DNA of 64,000 nt, taken from positions 189,906,001 through 189,970,000 of the forward strand of contig OZ024742.1 in assembly GCA_964016885.1 (NCBI GenBank). Reading direction: 5' to 3'. Position 1 is the stretch's first letter, and each line of letters starts with the position of its first letter. Shown piece by piece: positions 26,614 through 39,700 of this stretch. The DNA is from Eledone cirrhosa. Taxonomy: Eukaryota. Both the position numbers and the translations under genes were made by a program. Under the pieces are notes generated by a model. It was not told the origin of the DNA. It did not search any database and worked only from the letters and a program-made list of their open reading frames with translations.

Positions 26614-27141
26614 ATCATCATCATCATCATCATCATCATCGTTTAACGTCCGTGTTCCACGCTTGCATGGGTTTGGACGGGAGTTTTCCCACTTGAGGCA
26701 AGAGTGGTTGTCTTGCTCGCATAGGACTGTCTGGCGGGTTTTCTACAGTTGGATGCCCTTCCTAACACCAACCACATTTACAGTGTGGGGCTGGGAGGTT
26801 TTTACCGTGTTGCCTACACGGCCGCATTACAGCGTGGACTGTGTGTTTTTTTGTCGTGACACCTACACGATCTCATTTGTTTCGGCCTGGATTTTGTGGC
26901 ACCAACATAACTTTACATTGAAAGGGGCGGTGTGGATGGGGTGGGGGTGGTGGGACGGGGGTGTATTTTGTTAGAGATGCCTACTGACTGTAGTAGGTTT
27001 TACTTTGTATTTAGGTAAGACGGGTCTTCTCTATTACTGAGTACCGCCAAAGGTCTCGGTCCAGTGACATTGTCTTGGAGAGGTGTAAGTGTGTGAGGTC
27101 GGAATTTATCAGCTCATCCCAGGTTTTTCTGGGTCTGCCTA
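26614..27141 (-). mobile_element. Inverted second copy of the same RTE 3' end
   Basis: Reverse complement of 25875-26393 with few differences. Confidence 0.9.
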
Positions 27142-27294
27142 CATATATATGTATATAAATGTATACATGTATGTATGTGTGAATATATATCTCTATATCT
27201 ATGTATGTATGTATGTGTATATTTATATATATATATATATATATACACATAGATACACTCACACTGGGGTCCTGACTGTTTTCCTATATATATA

Positions 27295-28579
27295 CAGGGT
27301 GCGGACGATATTTGTTCGCAATTTTCAACTGGTAATTTTATGCAAATTTTTTTTTTCCATTGTCACTCTTGTCTTCATAAAAACAGTGACTATATTTCCA
27401 TTATTTATTTTCAGAATAATTGATTATGAATAATTTTGAACCTCCAAAATTGTAGAAGAGACACGGAATTCTTCTTGGAATCCGCGCCGGGAGGACAAAT
27501 AAGGAAATTTCAGACTTTCTCAGTGTCACCAGGAGAATGGTGGAAAAGGTCAGAAAGGAATTGGAAGATTCAGAATTCAACTACGAAGCAACATCAGAGA
27601 GGAAAACACATGATCGATGATCTGACGCCTTCAGAACGCCCGAGTTCGTCGCTGAAGTTCAGGATATCATCAACAATGAACTTAGCAAGTCGATGCATGC
27701 CATTGCAAGGGATGAAAAGGCGTGGATGAAAAGCTCATTAGGCTGGTGGTACATGAAGACATTCTCTACGTTTCATACAAGATGAGGAAATGACAATTTC
27801 TGTCAAAGGCAATGCAAGAAAAGTGACTGAAGCACACAAAGAAGCTGATCAACAAGTTGAAACACCCACTGGAGCCAGACATGCTGTAGTTTTTCTCCGA
27901 TGAGAAAAACTTCTGCCAAGACCAGAAGATCAACTCCCAGAACAACAGGTGGTTCGCTGTCTCATCCAAAGACATGCCCAGAGTCATGCAGACAAAGTTT
28001 CCAGCGACAACATTGGTCTTAGGTGTCGTCAGCAGTCAAGGTGACGTCATGCCTCCTCATTTCTTCCCTGAGGGCCTCAAGCTGAATACCGATGGCTACA
28101 TCCGCGTTCTGAGCGAGATAGTAAAGCCCTGGATCGACCAGGTAGCTGCAGGTTGGCCGTACGTGTGGCAGCAAGACTCAGCACCCTGCCATACCAGCTG
28201 AAAGACTCAAGCCTGGCTGTCAGAGAACTTCGTCGACCACATTTCACCTGACATCTGGCCTCCCTCGACTTCTTTGTGTGGGACACAGTGGAACAAGACA
28301 CTAACAGATCTAGCTGCAATACAAAAGACGATCTGAAGGCCAGGATCACAAGTGCCTTTCGGGGCCTAAGTCGGGGGACAGTGACAAAGGCCTGTAGCCA
28401 GTTCTGAGGCAGCCTTGAGGCCGTCATCAAAGCCAATGGCAGGTTTATCAATTAAGATCGAAAGAACAAGTCATGAAGATAAACTGACTTAAGTTTGATA
28501 AATAAATCTTAAAAGATAAAACTACTGTGTTATTTTTTCCTAGACAGTAATCTTGCAAACAAATATCGTTCGCACCCTG
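27295..28579 (+). mobile_element. Tc1/mariner DNA transposon (maT/DD37D-like), full-length but inactivated
   Basis: 27-bp TIRs CAGGGTGCGGACGATATTTGTTCGCAA / TTGCAAACAAATATCGTTCGCACCCTG (2 mismatches), TA on the left; FSDEKNF, VWQQDSAPCH, LDFFVW; stops and a deletion near the third catalytic residue, so subfamily is by resemblance only. Confidence 0.88.
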
Positions 28580-28580
28580 A

Positions 28581-28618
<38 letters not shown>

Positions 28619-28994
28619 GTATACATGTATGTATGAGTGAATATATATCTATATATGTGTGTCTGTATTTAACAGTGGTAGAAATAGAATAGAAAAATGA
28701 AACAACAAAAAAATATCTAAAAATCAGATAATGTTAAAAACAACAATGATCCTTCCTAAATCATAAAGAATCTGCCAATATGAGTAATGGACATTTTGTT
28801 TTTAACAAACCACACTGTCTACATTTTAAAATATTACACAAACTTAGCTAAAAATAAAGTAAAAATAACCTGTCTCACCAAAACTAGGATAGGGTGTTTA
28901 ATATAATCAAAATAAATAAAATGTATAACGAATTTGACTCTACTACCAATATTGAGCACACCCATCGATAAATGTTTGTTATAATTCTATTAGT

Positions 28995-29346
28995 AAAACA
29001 TGGGCTGTGACTACAGAGGATGTGCAGAGACTGGTGAGAAATAAAGCAATTACGTTCCATTGGATGTGCAATGTAAGTGTGAGAGAAAGGCAGAGCGCTT
29101 GAATGGGATGAATAAGAAGCTGGGTTTAAGAGGAATCCTATGTGGTGTGCAAGATAGAAGACCTGGACAGAGGTTATGAGAGCTGACCTCAAATCACTTA
29201 GATTCACAGAGGTGATGACAAAGGTCCACAATGTGTGGAGAGATGCCATGATGAGAAGAACCCCCCACCCCCCACCCCCCACACCCGTGTACGTTCCATG
29301 CAAGCTTGGAAAAATAGAACATGATGTGATGATGATGATGATGATG
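28995..29346 (+). pseudogene. RTE LINE 3' relic
   Basis: MRADLKSLRFTEVMTK..WRD, stem-loop tail and (GAT)n; similar relics at 15955-16118, 30810-30985, 42480-42815. Confidence 0.65.
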
Positions 29347-29415
29347 AATGTACCATTCTTAATATTTGCATGCATCATAATCATCTTCATTATCCTTATT
29401 ATTATTTTATGTTAA

Positions 29416-29605
29416 GCCGGTGGATTGGCAGTATCAGTAGAGGGTCGGACGTCATGCTTTGCAGCACAGTTACGTCCCTTTACGGACTGAGTTCAAATCC
29501 CGCCGAGGTTAACTTTGCCTTTCATCCTTACGGGGGTCGATAAAATAAAGTACCAGTAATACACTGGGATAATTGCTGGCCTTGTGCCAAAGTAGAAACA
29601 ATTAT
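29416..29605 (+). mobile_element. tRNA-derived SINE with Meta-like domain, full-length
   Basis: GGTGGATTGGCAG head, GAGTTCAAATCCC B-box, GCCTTTCATCCTTACGGGGTCGATAAAATAAAGTACCAG core, TAGAAACAATT end; copies at 6910-7040(-), 13785-13885, 23013-23105, 23758-23858(-), 29785-29925, 41600-41793(-). Confidence 0.8.
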
Positions 29606-31854
29606 TTTATCTGTCACCTCCTCAGAGGTTTACTCTTTTGAAACTGGCTCTAATCCTCTCTCATCAGGTTTTCCTCAGTTTTTTTCTCTAGTGCGACTTC
29701 TTTTCCTTCACATTTCCTGCCACTTTCCAACCAGTGGCTATCATCCATATTCATCACATGTCTAAACCTGAGAAATTAATTTTAACAGCATAGTTACGTC
29801 CCTTTACGATCTGAGTTCAAATCCCGCCGAGGTTGACTTTGCCTTTCATCCTTACGGGTTCGATAAAATAAAGTACCAGTAATGCACTGGGTAATTGCGG
29901 CCTTGTGCCTAAAGTAGAAACAATTAATTTTAACATCATTGGTTGTGTTAGTCATTATATTTCGACAGAGGTTTTCTGGCTGGATGTCCTTCCTATCACC
30001 AACCACATTACAGGATGGACTAGGTGCATTTTATCATGTCATTAACATTAGAGGGGATGTCTTACTGGACTTAGGTGTCTTCTCTGCTCTGTATCAGTTT
30101 TAATTATGTGAAGACACATGGCTTTGTGCGTAAGGTATTTGGCTCACAATCGTAAAGTCATGAGTTTGAATCCTGGCGGTGTGCACTGTCCTTGAGCAAG
30201 ACACTTTATTTTCACGTTGCTCCAGTCCACTCAGCTGGCTAAAATGAGTTGTACCTGTAATTAGAAGAGCCAGCTTTGTCACATGCTGTGTCACACTGAA
30301 TCTCCCTGAGAACTACAGTGAAGGCACGCATGTTTGTGAAATGCTCAGCCACTTGTACGTTAATTTCACAAGCAGGCTGTTCTGTTGATTGTATCAACAA
30401 GAATACTTATTGTTGTAACCAATGGAGTGCTAATATGCTTAGTTTTAATTCAGAGTTACTGCTTTCCTAGACAGGTTGTCTTCACTACATATGTGTATTT
30501 GTGTGTGTATACAACAAGAAGCTGAGGTTAGTCTTGTAACCCCTAGATCAGGCTTCATATTCATCAAGTAGTCCTATTTGAGACAATATTTTTCAACCAA
30601 ATGCTCTTCCTGGTGTCAACCAATCTAGATATATTTCTTATGACATGGTGTATCTATTATAAACCAGATACACACAATGTATTTGTGTGCGAGTATGTAC
30701 TGATAACTTTATAGAGAAGTTGGGCAAGTAAACAAATTTGAAATTTATTTGATTTTATAATGAAACTGCCCCCATGCATATATTAACTATAAAAAGAAGG
30801 AAGCTGCAGTAGAGATAGACCCAGAAAGACCTGGGCAGAAGTGATGAGAGCTGACCTCAAATTGCTGAGACTCACAGAGGAGATGGTGAAGAAATGCAGC
30901 TAGTGGAGAGTTGATATGCTGAGAAGGACCTGTCCAACCCATGCAAGTGTGGAAGAACGGACATAAAAATGATGGTGAGGATGAAGAATAGTTAAATACA
31001 GCAAGCAAATTACTCTTGGAGGTGGAAATAGGTGGACTAAGATACCTATGGACCCTGAACTATATATCTGCTGAATAGCAGACAGCTGCATATTCAACTA
31101 GTTTATAATTTACATATGGACTGTGTGGCAGCTTTTCACTATAAAAGTAAATATATCAAAATTTTCAAACTTACCCAATTCCTTCATAAACATATCAGTT
31201 AATTTATATTTCAAGTCAACTGTTATAAGTTTCAATTTAGCAGTGTTGGGTTATATATGGATTGTGGCAGTTTTTCACTATAAAAGCAAATATATTACAA
31301 TTTTCAAACTTACCCAATTTCTTTGTCATCGTTTAACGTCCAATTTCCACGTTAGCATGGGTTAGACAGGTTGTCCCATTAGAGGCAAGTTTGGTCAGGT
31401 GACCGTGTCTTGCTCATATAGAACTATTTCTGGCTAGGTTTCTATCGCTGGACACCCTTCCTAAATGCCAGCCACATTTACAGTTTGTCATGACACCAAC
31501 ACAACCACTTTACAGAGTGGACTGGGTGCTTTTTGTCGTGACACCTACATGACCACTTTACAGTGTGATATTTCAAGTCAACTGTTACAAGTTCAAATTT
31601 GGTAGTGTTGTGCTGGTTAGTTTTCTTTAGTAGAATGGCTATGATGATGATGATGGGTTAGCTAGTTTGTATTAGTATGATGGTTATGATGATGATGGTG
31701 GGTTAGCTAGTTAGCTTTAGTGTATTGGTTATGATGATGATGATTAATTAGTAAAATTAATTCTATTCACGTTAAACAGACCAGTCAATTAATGAAAATA
31801 GTTTTTAATAAATGAAATTTTTTTTTTAAATTTAAAAATATATAACAAATATCA

Positions 31855-32150
31855 TAGTGATGGCAGTGGTTGAGAAATTGGAGGTGGTGGTGGTGGTTGT
31901 GAAGGTGGTAGTGGTGGCAATAGTTGTGTAGGTGATGGTGCCTGTGGTGGTGGTTGTGAAGGTGGTAGTGGTGGCAATAGTTGTGTAGGTGATGGTGCTT
32001 GTGGTGGTGGTTGTGAAGGTGGTAGTCGCAGGGGTTGTACTGGTGGTGGTGGTGGTGGTGGTGGTGGTGGCAGTGGTGTTTGTGAAGGTGGTGGTGTGGT
32101 GATAGTAGTAATGTTTGTGAAGGTGTGGTGGTGATGGCAGTGATCGTGGT
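31855..32150. repeat. (GGT)n-rich repeat with a ~57-bp tandem duplication
   Basis: Direct inspection. Confidence 0.85.
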
Positions 32151-32502
32151 AGTTAGTCATATTTCTGAAATTGTATCCTCATTTGTTAATGTAATATATC
32201 TCTGCTATGATATGTTGAAATATAGCGTCTGTTTATTTATTTATCAAATGATATTAAGCAATAATACTGCTGTTTTGTAGTATAGTATAGTATCTATGGC
32301 AGCAGACGATATCTGGCATGTTCGCTTATTATCTATATAATATCTGGTCTGATTCACATGGCAAAACATGTTTCTATGTGTGTGTCTTCTTCATAAAACA
32401 AAATTAGAAGCCTCTCAGTATTTTGTTCATAGATAAAAATCTATAACTGTATAATAATCATTGCCTACAGTCATATATATAACTAGCTACCCCCTTGGTC
32501 AT

Positions 32503-32543
<41 letters not shown>

Positions 32544-32544
32544 T

Positions 32545-32576
<32 letters not shown>

Positions 32577-32729
32577 CGCATACATATATACATACATATA
32601 TATATACACATACATATATACATACGTATATATACATACATATATACATACATACATATATACATAAATATATACATACATATACACATATATATACATA
32701 TATATACATATATACATATATATATACAC

Positions 32730-32760
<31 letters not shown>

Positions 32761-32782
32761 TACATGTATATACACACATATG

Positions 32783-32864
<82 letters not shown>

Positions 32865-32866
32865 TA

Positions 32867-32944
<78 letters not shown>

Positions 32945-33299
32945 TATACACATATATATATATGTATGTATTATATCATCATTTTACATCTGATTTCCAC
33001 ACAACCATGGGCTGGAAAGGTTGTCATATTCTGAGACTAGACAGGTTAAAAGATCATACCATTCTCATACGTTCCATTTTGACATATTTTCTGACTGGAT
33101 GTGCTTCTTCTCTCCACATACAGACTCATATATATATATATATATGTGTGTGTGTGTACACATATATACACATATACGCACACATATATACATGCGCACA
33201 CACATATATAAACACACCCATTATATATATATATAAATATATATTATATATATATAATATATATATATGATACACGCGCACACATATATATACAAACCC

Positions 33300-33341
<42 letters not shown>

Positions 33342-33589
33342 ATATATATAATATATATATGTATATACTCCGCTGTAGAAATGAGATGATAGGGACTGGG
33401 GTCCCTATCATTCCACTGCAAAGTGGTCGTGTAGGTGCCACGGCAAAAAAGCACCCAGCACTCACTGTAAATGAGGTTGGTGTTAGGAAGGGCATCCAGC
33501 TGTAGAAATCAAGCCAGAATCAGTTCCCGTCCCACCCTTGCAAGCAGGGAAAAGCGGACGTAAAATGAAATGATGATGATATATATGAT

Positions 33590-34528
33590 AAATTCAGGCT
33601 ATGGAAACAGCAGTTGGAATTAAGAGGACTGAGAGTGAACCTAGCTAAAACAAAAGTGTTGATGAGTAGAAAAGAGGACAAAACTCTGATTCCGTCAGGG
33701 AAATGGCCATGTTCAATTTGCAGAAAAGGAACTGCCATAAATTCTATAAAATGTACACAATGCAAATCTTGGGTACACAAGAGATGTAGTGGGATAGAAG
33801 GCAAACTAACAGGTAGGGAGAAATACGTATGCAGTAGATGTACAGGGAAATTTGACAGTAGTAATCACAGTGATAGACACATTTTTCAAATGCAGGTGGG
33901 TTCTATAGAAGTGGTTGATAGCTTCCGGTACCTAGGTGATCAGATTAGCATGGGAGGGGGGGTGTTCCGAGGCCATAGTATCTAGAATAAGGATGGGTTG
34001 GAAGAAGTTTAGGGAGCTGCTTCCTCTGCTGATAAAGAAGGGTTTCTCTCTGTGTATGAAAGGCCAGTTATATGATGCCTGTGTGAGGTGCGCGATGCTG
34101 CATGGTAGTGAGACATGGGCAGCAACTGCAGAGGATATACGACGGCTGGAGAGAAATGAGGCAAGCATGCTCCGTTGGATGTGCAATGTCAATGTGCATG
34201 AACGACCGAGCATGGATGTGTTGAGAGAGAAACTGTGTTTGAGAGGGATAAATTGTAGTGTGTGGGAAAGGAGATTGCAATGGTACGGACAGGTGATGCG
34301 CATGGAGGATGACCGATGGGGGAAGAAGTGCCAAGGAAGATGTAGTAGAGGAAGACCACAAAAAACATGGGAGGAGGTGGTGAGAGCAGACCTCAGATCG
34401 CTGAAACTCACAGTGAAGATGACAAAGGACCGTGACAAGTGGAGAGATGTTGTGCTGAATAAGACCCGTCCCACCTTTGCAGATGCAAAAGGGAAAAGCA
34501 GATGCAAAATGATGATGAGGATGATGAT
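33590..34528 (+). pseudogene. RTE-clade LINE RT C-terminal region with PHD-like Cys cluster; frameshift at a G run near 33955
   Basis: GLRVNLAKTK, WPCSIC..CTQCKSWVHKRC..CSRC, FRYLG, HGSETW, RRLQWYGQVMRM, GRPQKTW. Confidence 0.88.
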
Positions 34529-34600
34529 ATATAATATATATATATATATATAATAAAATAACAGGAGGCTGGACTTGTGTAAATCTTTGAAAGGTTTATT

Positions 34601-34658
34601 ATACTATGATCATTTCAATGACCGGGTTCCGTATGAATCCGGTGATATCATCAGGTAT
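34601..34658 (-). ncRNA. Minimal type I hammerhead, intact core
   Basis: atac-CTGATGA-stem II (accgg/ccggt)-GAAA-tgatca (palindromic stem III)-TA-gtat. Confidence 0.75.
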
Positions 34659-34800
34659 TCGAAATATAATAAATGAATGTAACAGATAAAATCCATGGGG
34701 CTGAAAATCATAGACCCGAGGCACGCTGTGAATTATCTCTACCACGTGTGGCTGGACGGTCGCTCTAGATTCTTTTAGTGTTGTTTGAAATGTATAGCCT

Positions 34801-34886
34801 TACACACGCTGATGAACCATAGGCTAATCATTTCTGTCAACAAATTAGTTGGTGAAACAGATCCTTTCGGATTTGTACATGTGTGT
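34801..34886 (+). ncRNA. Type I hammerhead with full stem III, intact core
   Basis: tacacacg-CTGATGA-acca..gctaat/attagt-tggt-GAAA-cagatcc(tttc)ggatttg-TA-catgtgtg; GUA cleavage after 34877; one mismatch in stem I. Confidence 0.8.
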
Positions 34887-35049
34887 TAGATAGTTATCAA
34901 GGTACGTATTTGCACTATGATTTATACTTTTAATTATTGTGTGTCTACTTTGCCTTCCATGGGCTATAGATTCCATACACTGGTGGTTTTTCCCTGTTTG
35001 ACTGATGGCACACTATCTCTCTCTCTCTGGTATGTTGTCTTTTTTACAT

Positions 35050-35094
<45 letters not shown>

Positions 35095-35830
35095 TATAAA
35101 TATTGTATTTATTTGGCAAAATTCTTGATGTGAAATCATGTGTTAAAACAGTATTGTTATACTATGGGAGGTCATGCTATCAATAAAAACACAACATTGG
35201 CTGAGTTTCACTTCAGATTTATTACTAGCCAGGTAAAAGGTGGTGGATTGGCAGTATTGGTAGGGCATCAAGCAAAATGCCTTACAGTATTTAATAATAA
35301 TAATGAAATTATTGCATACAGTGCTCAGGTACACTACAACTCATCAAAGGTGCATGCATAGTACATAGAATAATGTACAAATGTCAGGAAAGTGAACAGT
35401 TTATGAGTCATGATATATACATGTGTGCATGTGTATGGAGGGGAGATATCAGGTGTTATGTTGGCAAATTTCAGGAAGTATGGAGGTTTTAAAGGATGCA
35501 GTGTCTCTGTAGCTAACAACTGATGCAGGTAGTTTGTTAAATCCTTTCTTTCATTCTTCCTAGGTCATTAAGATAAAGCACCAATAAAGAACTGGGATTG
35601 ATATAATCGATATAATTCAAAAAGATTACTAGACATGTATCTAAATTAGAAATCGTTATTAGCCTGGTAAATAATCCATTCCTTGGTTAGTTTAACAACC
35701 AGATGTCTATTTAATTGTCAAGCTCTTTCATCACACATTTTGTGATCTCCTCAATAACTATTCTTGCTCCTCCATGTTTCCTCTTCATTTTGATTTCGTT
35801 CTTTTATATATATATATATATATATATAGA

Positions 35831-36038
35831 TAACGAAGGAAATGTGGTAAGGAACCAGGTGGACCATAACGCACCAAAGTACTCAATACTTAGGGTAGTA
35901 GAGTGGGTAATAGGAACGAGTAGGACCCCAACGACTGAGCTCAAGCCGTTTCGATGGCTAATTCTGGACGGCTAATTCAGTCCAGAATTAGCCGTCGAAA
36001 CGGCTTGAGCTCAGCCGTCGGGGTCCTACTCGTTCCTA
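35831..36038. mobile_element. Short hairpin element in (TA)n carrying the 3' half of a hammerhead
   Basis: Inverted arms 35911-35969 and 35980-36038; GAAAcggct..agccgTC; second copy at 63651-63845. Confidence 0.75.
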
Positions 36039-36179
36039 TATATATAGATATATATATATATATATATCATCATCATCATTTAACATCTAATATATATATA
36101 TATACATACAGTCTGAAGCTAGTAGTTGAAATGGCAAGAGCACAGTTGTTAGGCCCCGACTCTTTCTAATAAACTCTAC

Positions 36180-36335
36180 TGACCTTGGAATGGGGCCTAC
36201 ATTTCACATCTAGCCTAGGTCTACTACCAGTTTGGAGTGCCCTACATTTTACATCTGGCCTAGGCAGATGTATATTTTCCTTCTAGCCTGGATTTATTAC
36301 CAAATTTGGGGCCTACATTTCCCTCTGTCCTGGTC
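36180..36335. repeat. Degenerate tandem repeat (GGCCTACATTT..TCTAGCCT)
   Basis: 3-4 imperfect units of about 35-48 bp. Confidence 0.5.
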
Positions 36336-36519
36336 TTGATTAAGGTTGATGTGTGATGATGAAGTAGGTAATTTTCACCAACTGGATGTAACTCTTGCTC
36401 AATATCACTTAAACTAAACTATTATGTCAATCTATGTTTTTACTTCTCTAATCTACAACAGACAGTGAATATCCAGTATAGTGGATACTATAAAATATGT
36501 AAAACCATTTAATGTCAGT

Positions 36520-39326
36520 AGTGCGTTACATCCACCGCCAATCGCTTCCAGTCGCGATCCACCGGGAGGCTTCCCATTTCGTGCACACCCGGGATGGGAT
36601 CAATGGACTGACATCGGATGCAACCTCTAACCACACTTTGAACACTGTCTGTTAACGTCCGAGTCGATTCTCCTGGCTAGGAACAGGGTCCTATCCACTC
36701 CCATGAGGTGCATGTCATGCAACCCTTTCAGATCCGACTCGGTCAGCTGACACACGGCAGCTATCTCCTCTTCTACCTCCTCCGGCGCTTCCATCCAGGC
36801 TTTCTTCACCCTGGTTAAGACGTCCACCCTATTTTTCTCTGAGGGCATGAAAACTATGCTCAGCCTCAGGTCGAACTCGGTGGCCAGCTCTCCTAAAGTT
36901 CCCAGGCGGCGTTTTATCAGCATCTCCGCCGCCCCTCTCGTTCACACTCTCTTCTCACTGGTGAGCACTGATCTCACCCATCCGAGTACAGTAACCGAGT
37001 TGGTGCGTATCTCGATGGTGTGCAGTCCCCACCTCAGGGCGAGGTTCACCCCTCTCAACACCGCATCCAGTTCGGCCACATTGATGTGGTTGCAGTCGTC
37101 CTTCTTCCTAAGTCAGGCTGCATCCTCGACCTCAACACCTCCTATCTCCAATGTGACACCCAGCACTATGCTGCTGGCATCGCACCATACGATCCCGCTC
37201 TGCGATTTGGGAACATACCAGCATCCCCGCACTGGGTCGTCGGCCTTCACCTTCTCCACGATCTCCTGCATCATGGCCACCATCCTCTCTTCCACTCTGT
37301 CATTCCAAGTCACCCCTCCCGCTTGTCTCTTGACATAGCTGCATCCCATCCGGAGCCACCCACCAACTTTCCACACACCGAGAAAAGCTCCCGCCTACTC
37401 ATACTTGGGCCCAGTTCTGGAACTTCATTTCCCCTCTGGAATACCAAGACGCCCGTCCTGTCTCGCCGTAGCCTAAGTCCCAGCGCGGCTCCTCCCTCCA
37501 ATGCTTCTGATGGCTTCGCAGCCAGTCCATCCCCATGTAAATGGCTCGTGACCTCCGCCGCCGACACTACAGACTCGTCCACTAGGATGTCGTCAATGTA
37601 GGAATTAGTGGCCCTCTTCATCTTGTCGGCCTTTGCCAGAATGGTCTTGAGGACCGCCGCCATGATCTTCGGTGCAGAGCTCAGCCCCAAACCGAGCCTG
37701 GTCAGGCAATATGTCTGGCCCTTATACCTGACCAGCTGATACTGCCAGAGCTTCTCATCTATATGAAATTGCAAGTATGCCGACTTTAGATCTATGATTG
37801 CGGAACCCCCCCCCCTCCCGTCATGCGTCTCCACTCACGCAGGGTTTCCCCACAGACATCCGTGACCTCACTACCCGTGTGGCATGACACATGCTCGTTC
37901 AGCTCCCAAAAGTCCAGTACTGGCCTCACCTTGTTCTTCGTGGGTTGTGCCACCGCCATTAACGGCAATACTCCGCACTTCACCTCCTCTTTCCAGGGAA
38001 GCAGAATGCCCTCCTCAATCCATCTCTCTACCTCTCGCTCAAATTCGCTCCTAATGTCTCCCTTCAATGTGTGTTGATAGCAGCCCACTTTGTTCTTCAG
38101 TGTTGGTGGTTCTCCCCTCCAGTACCACTCAACAACCCATCGTTGCCCATCGAACACGGCCTTGAAGTCTTTGTCCTGCACAGTGTAAGCGGGGTATTTC
38201 TCCTCATGGGCCTTCTGGTTCTCCTGTCGCGTACTCACAGCGCATACCGATGCTGCACCGTTAAACGACACACCGACGTTGTTCACTGTGATGCATCCTA
38301 GACAGCCAATTGCGTCCATGCCCATAACCACGCCAATCCCATCCACCACGTTGTCAACTACGATGGCAGAAAGCCTTATTTTCCTTCCCTGTACCGCCAT
38401 CTCCAGCTCGCTGCGACCTCGGCATTCAATTTTCCTGCCGTCGACTGCCCTTATGTTGCTCTTCCCTCTCCACCTCTGCGCCACCCCTGCAGTCACCAGT
38501 GTTGTCGTACAGCCCGTGTCCACGAGGGCTCGCTGTGGCTTTCCCCTCACGAAGACTTCCACCACGGGCAGCGCCTCTACTCGTAGGCAACTACCGGCGC
38601 AGTAGTTCCCCTTGGATCGTTTCCCTGGTCGCAGTTAGTAGCGCTGTGGCCTGGTCACTTACACCGGTAGCATATTATTTCCAGCCTTGACTCTATACAG
38701 TCTCTCGCCATGTGCGGGCCCTGGCACCTAAAACAGCGACCTCTAAACGTTTGCGGGCGACCGCGTGCCGTGGTTGCCTCCCTTTCCCCATTTCGCTGCC
38801 AGCTGTCTTGAGCCTCTGTAGTTGCTATCGCCACGACACTCTTCTTGGCATCTTCTGCTATGATGCAGGCTTGCTCCACCAGTGAACGCATCTCCATTTC
38901 TTTGTAACCCGGGAATTGCTGCAGTTTCACCGCTATGTCGTCTGGAAATCCATTTATGAATGCTAACCGCACCGTGCGTTCGCATTCTGCCTGATATCCA
39001 GCCAACATGGCCAATCGCCGTATTTCCGCTGCGAAAATGTCAACGCATTCACCGTTCCATCTAATCCAGCTTAGCAAAGCGGCTAACGGTCCCTCTACGA
39101 ACGCTTCCATCATGCGCCTCTCAATCTTTTGCGGATCCCTTTGGCTGTGTTCATCCAACTCAAGGAAGAGTACCAATGCGTCCCCCTTGAGGTACAGTGC
39201 CATGAGGCCAGCCACATCTATCTTCTGTAAGCTTTAGACCAGCCGGACTTCTCGCAGCCAAGCGATAACATCGCCTTCACCGGTGAATGCCTTAATCGCA
39301 TCGCTCATTCGTAGTCTCGTCGCCAT
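36520..39326 (-). mobile_element. Ty3/Gypsy-type LTR retrotransposon internal region (gag-PR-RT-RH-partial IN), pseudogenised
   Basis: gag from ATG 39326 with CFRCQGPHMARDC and CYRCK*PGH knuckles; ALVDTG protease; SYIDD RT; WCDAS RNase H; zinc-finger remnant and LAVDVTH integrase start, then truncation. Confidence 0.9.
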
Positions 39327-39632
39327 GTCCTAATTTGTCTTGCGGTATGTAATAAAAAAAAAACGGCAGACTCCTCTCTGTTTTTCCAGTAGCTTTGTTT
39401 TCGAGAAAGTTTTTTTTTTTTTTTTTTTTTTTTTCAATCAGATCTCAGTTTCCAGTGCCGAAATAGCTTGTGGTTAGAAAAAGCTATCTCACTTACCGCT
39501 TTTCATAGGCGCCGCTAAATCCCATGGCTGGTTTCTCCTCTTCCACGTGCATCCAACTCATTAACACCAGGAGCTGCCAAACTCGCGTCCACCACGTTCC
39601 TGATCACCACTAGAGAGAGACCGACCTGCTGG

Positions 39633-39700
39633 CCCTTCCGGTCGAGCACCCTTCCGGCCAAGCACCCTTCCGGTCAAGCACTCTTCCGGTCGAGCACTCC
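39633..39700. repeat. 16-bp tandem repeat x4 in the Gypsy leader region
   Basis: C(C/T)CTTCCGG(T/C)C(G/A)AGCA units. Confidence 0.85.

Noticed and set aside
27145-28660. ~45-bp direct repeat flanking the Tc1/mariner element as a long TSD
   Set aside because: Tc1/mariner duplicates only TA; the left copy is ~100 bp from the TIR and is low-complexity, so more likely a pre-existing tandem unit
29416-29500. tRNA genes
   Set aside because: A/B boxes belong to SINE heads; no complete cloverleaf
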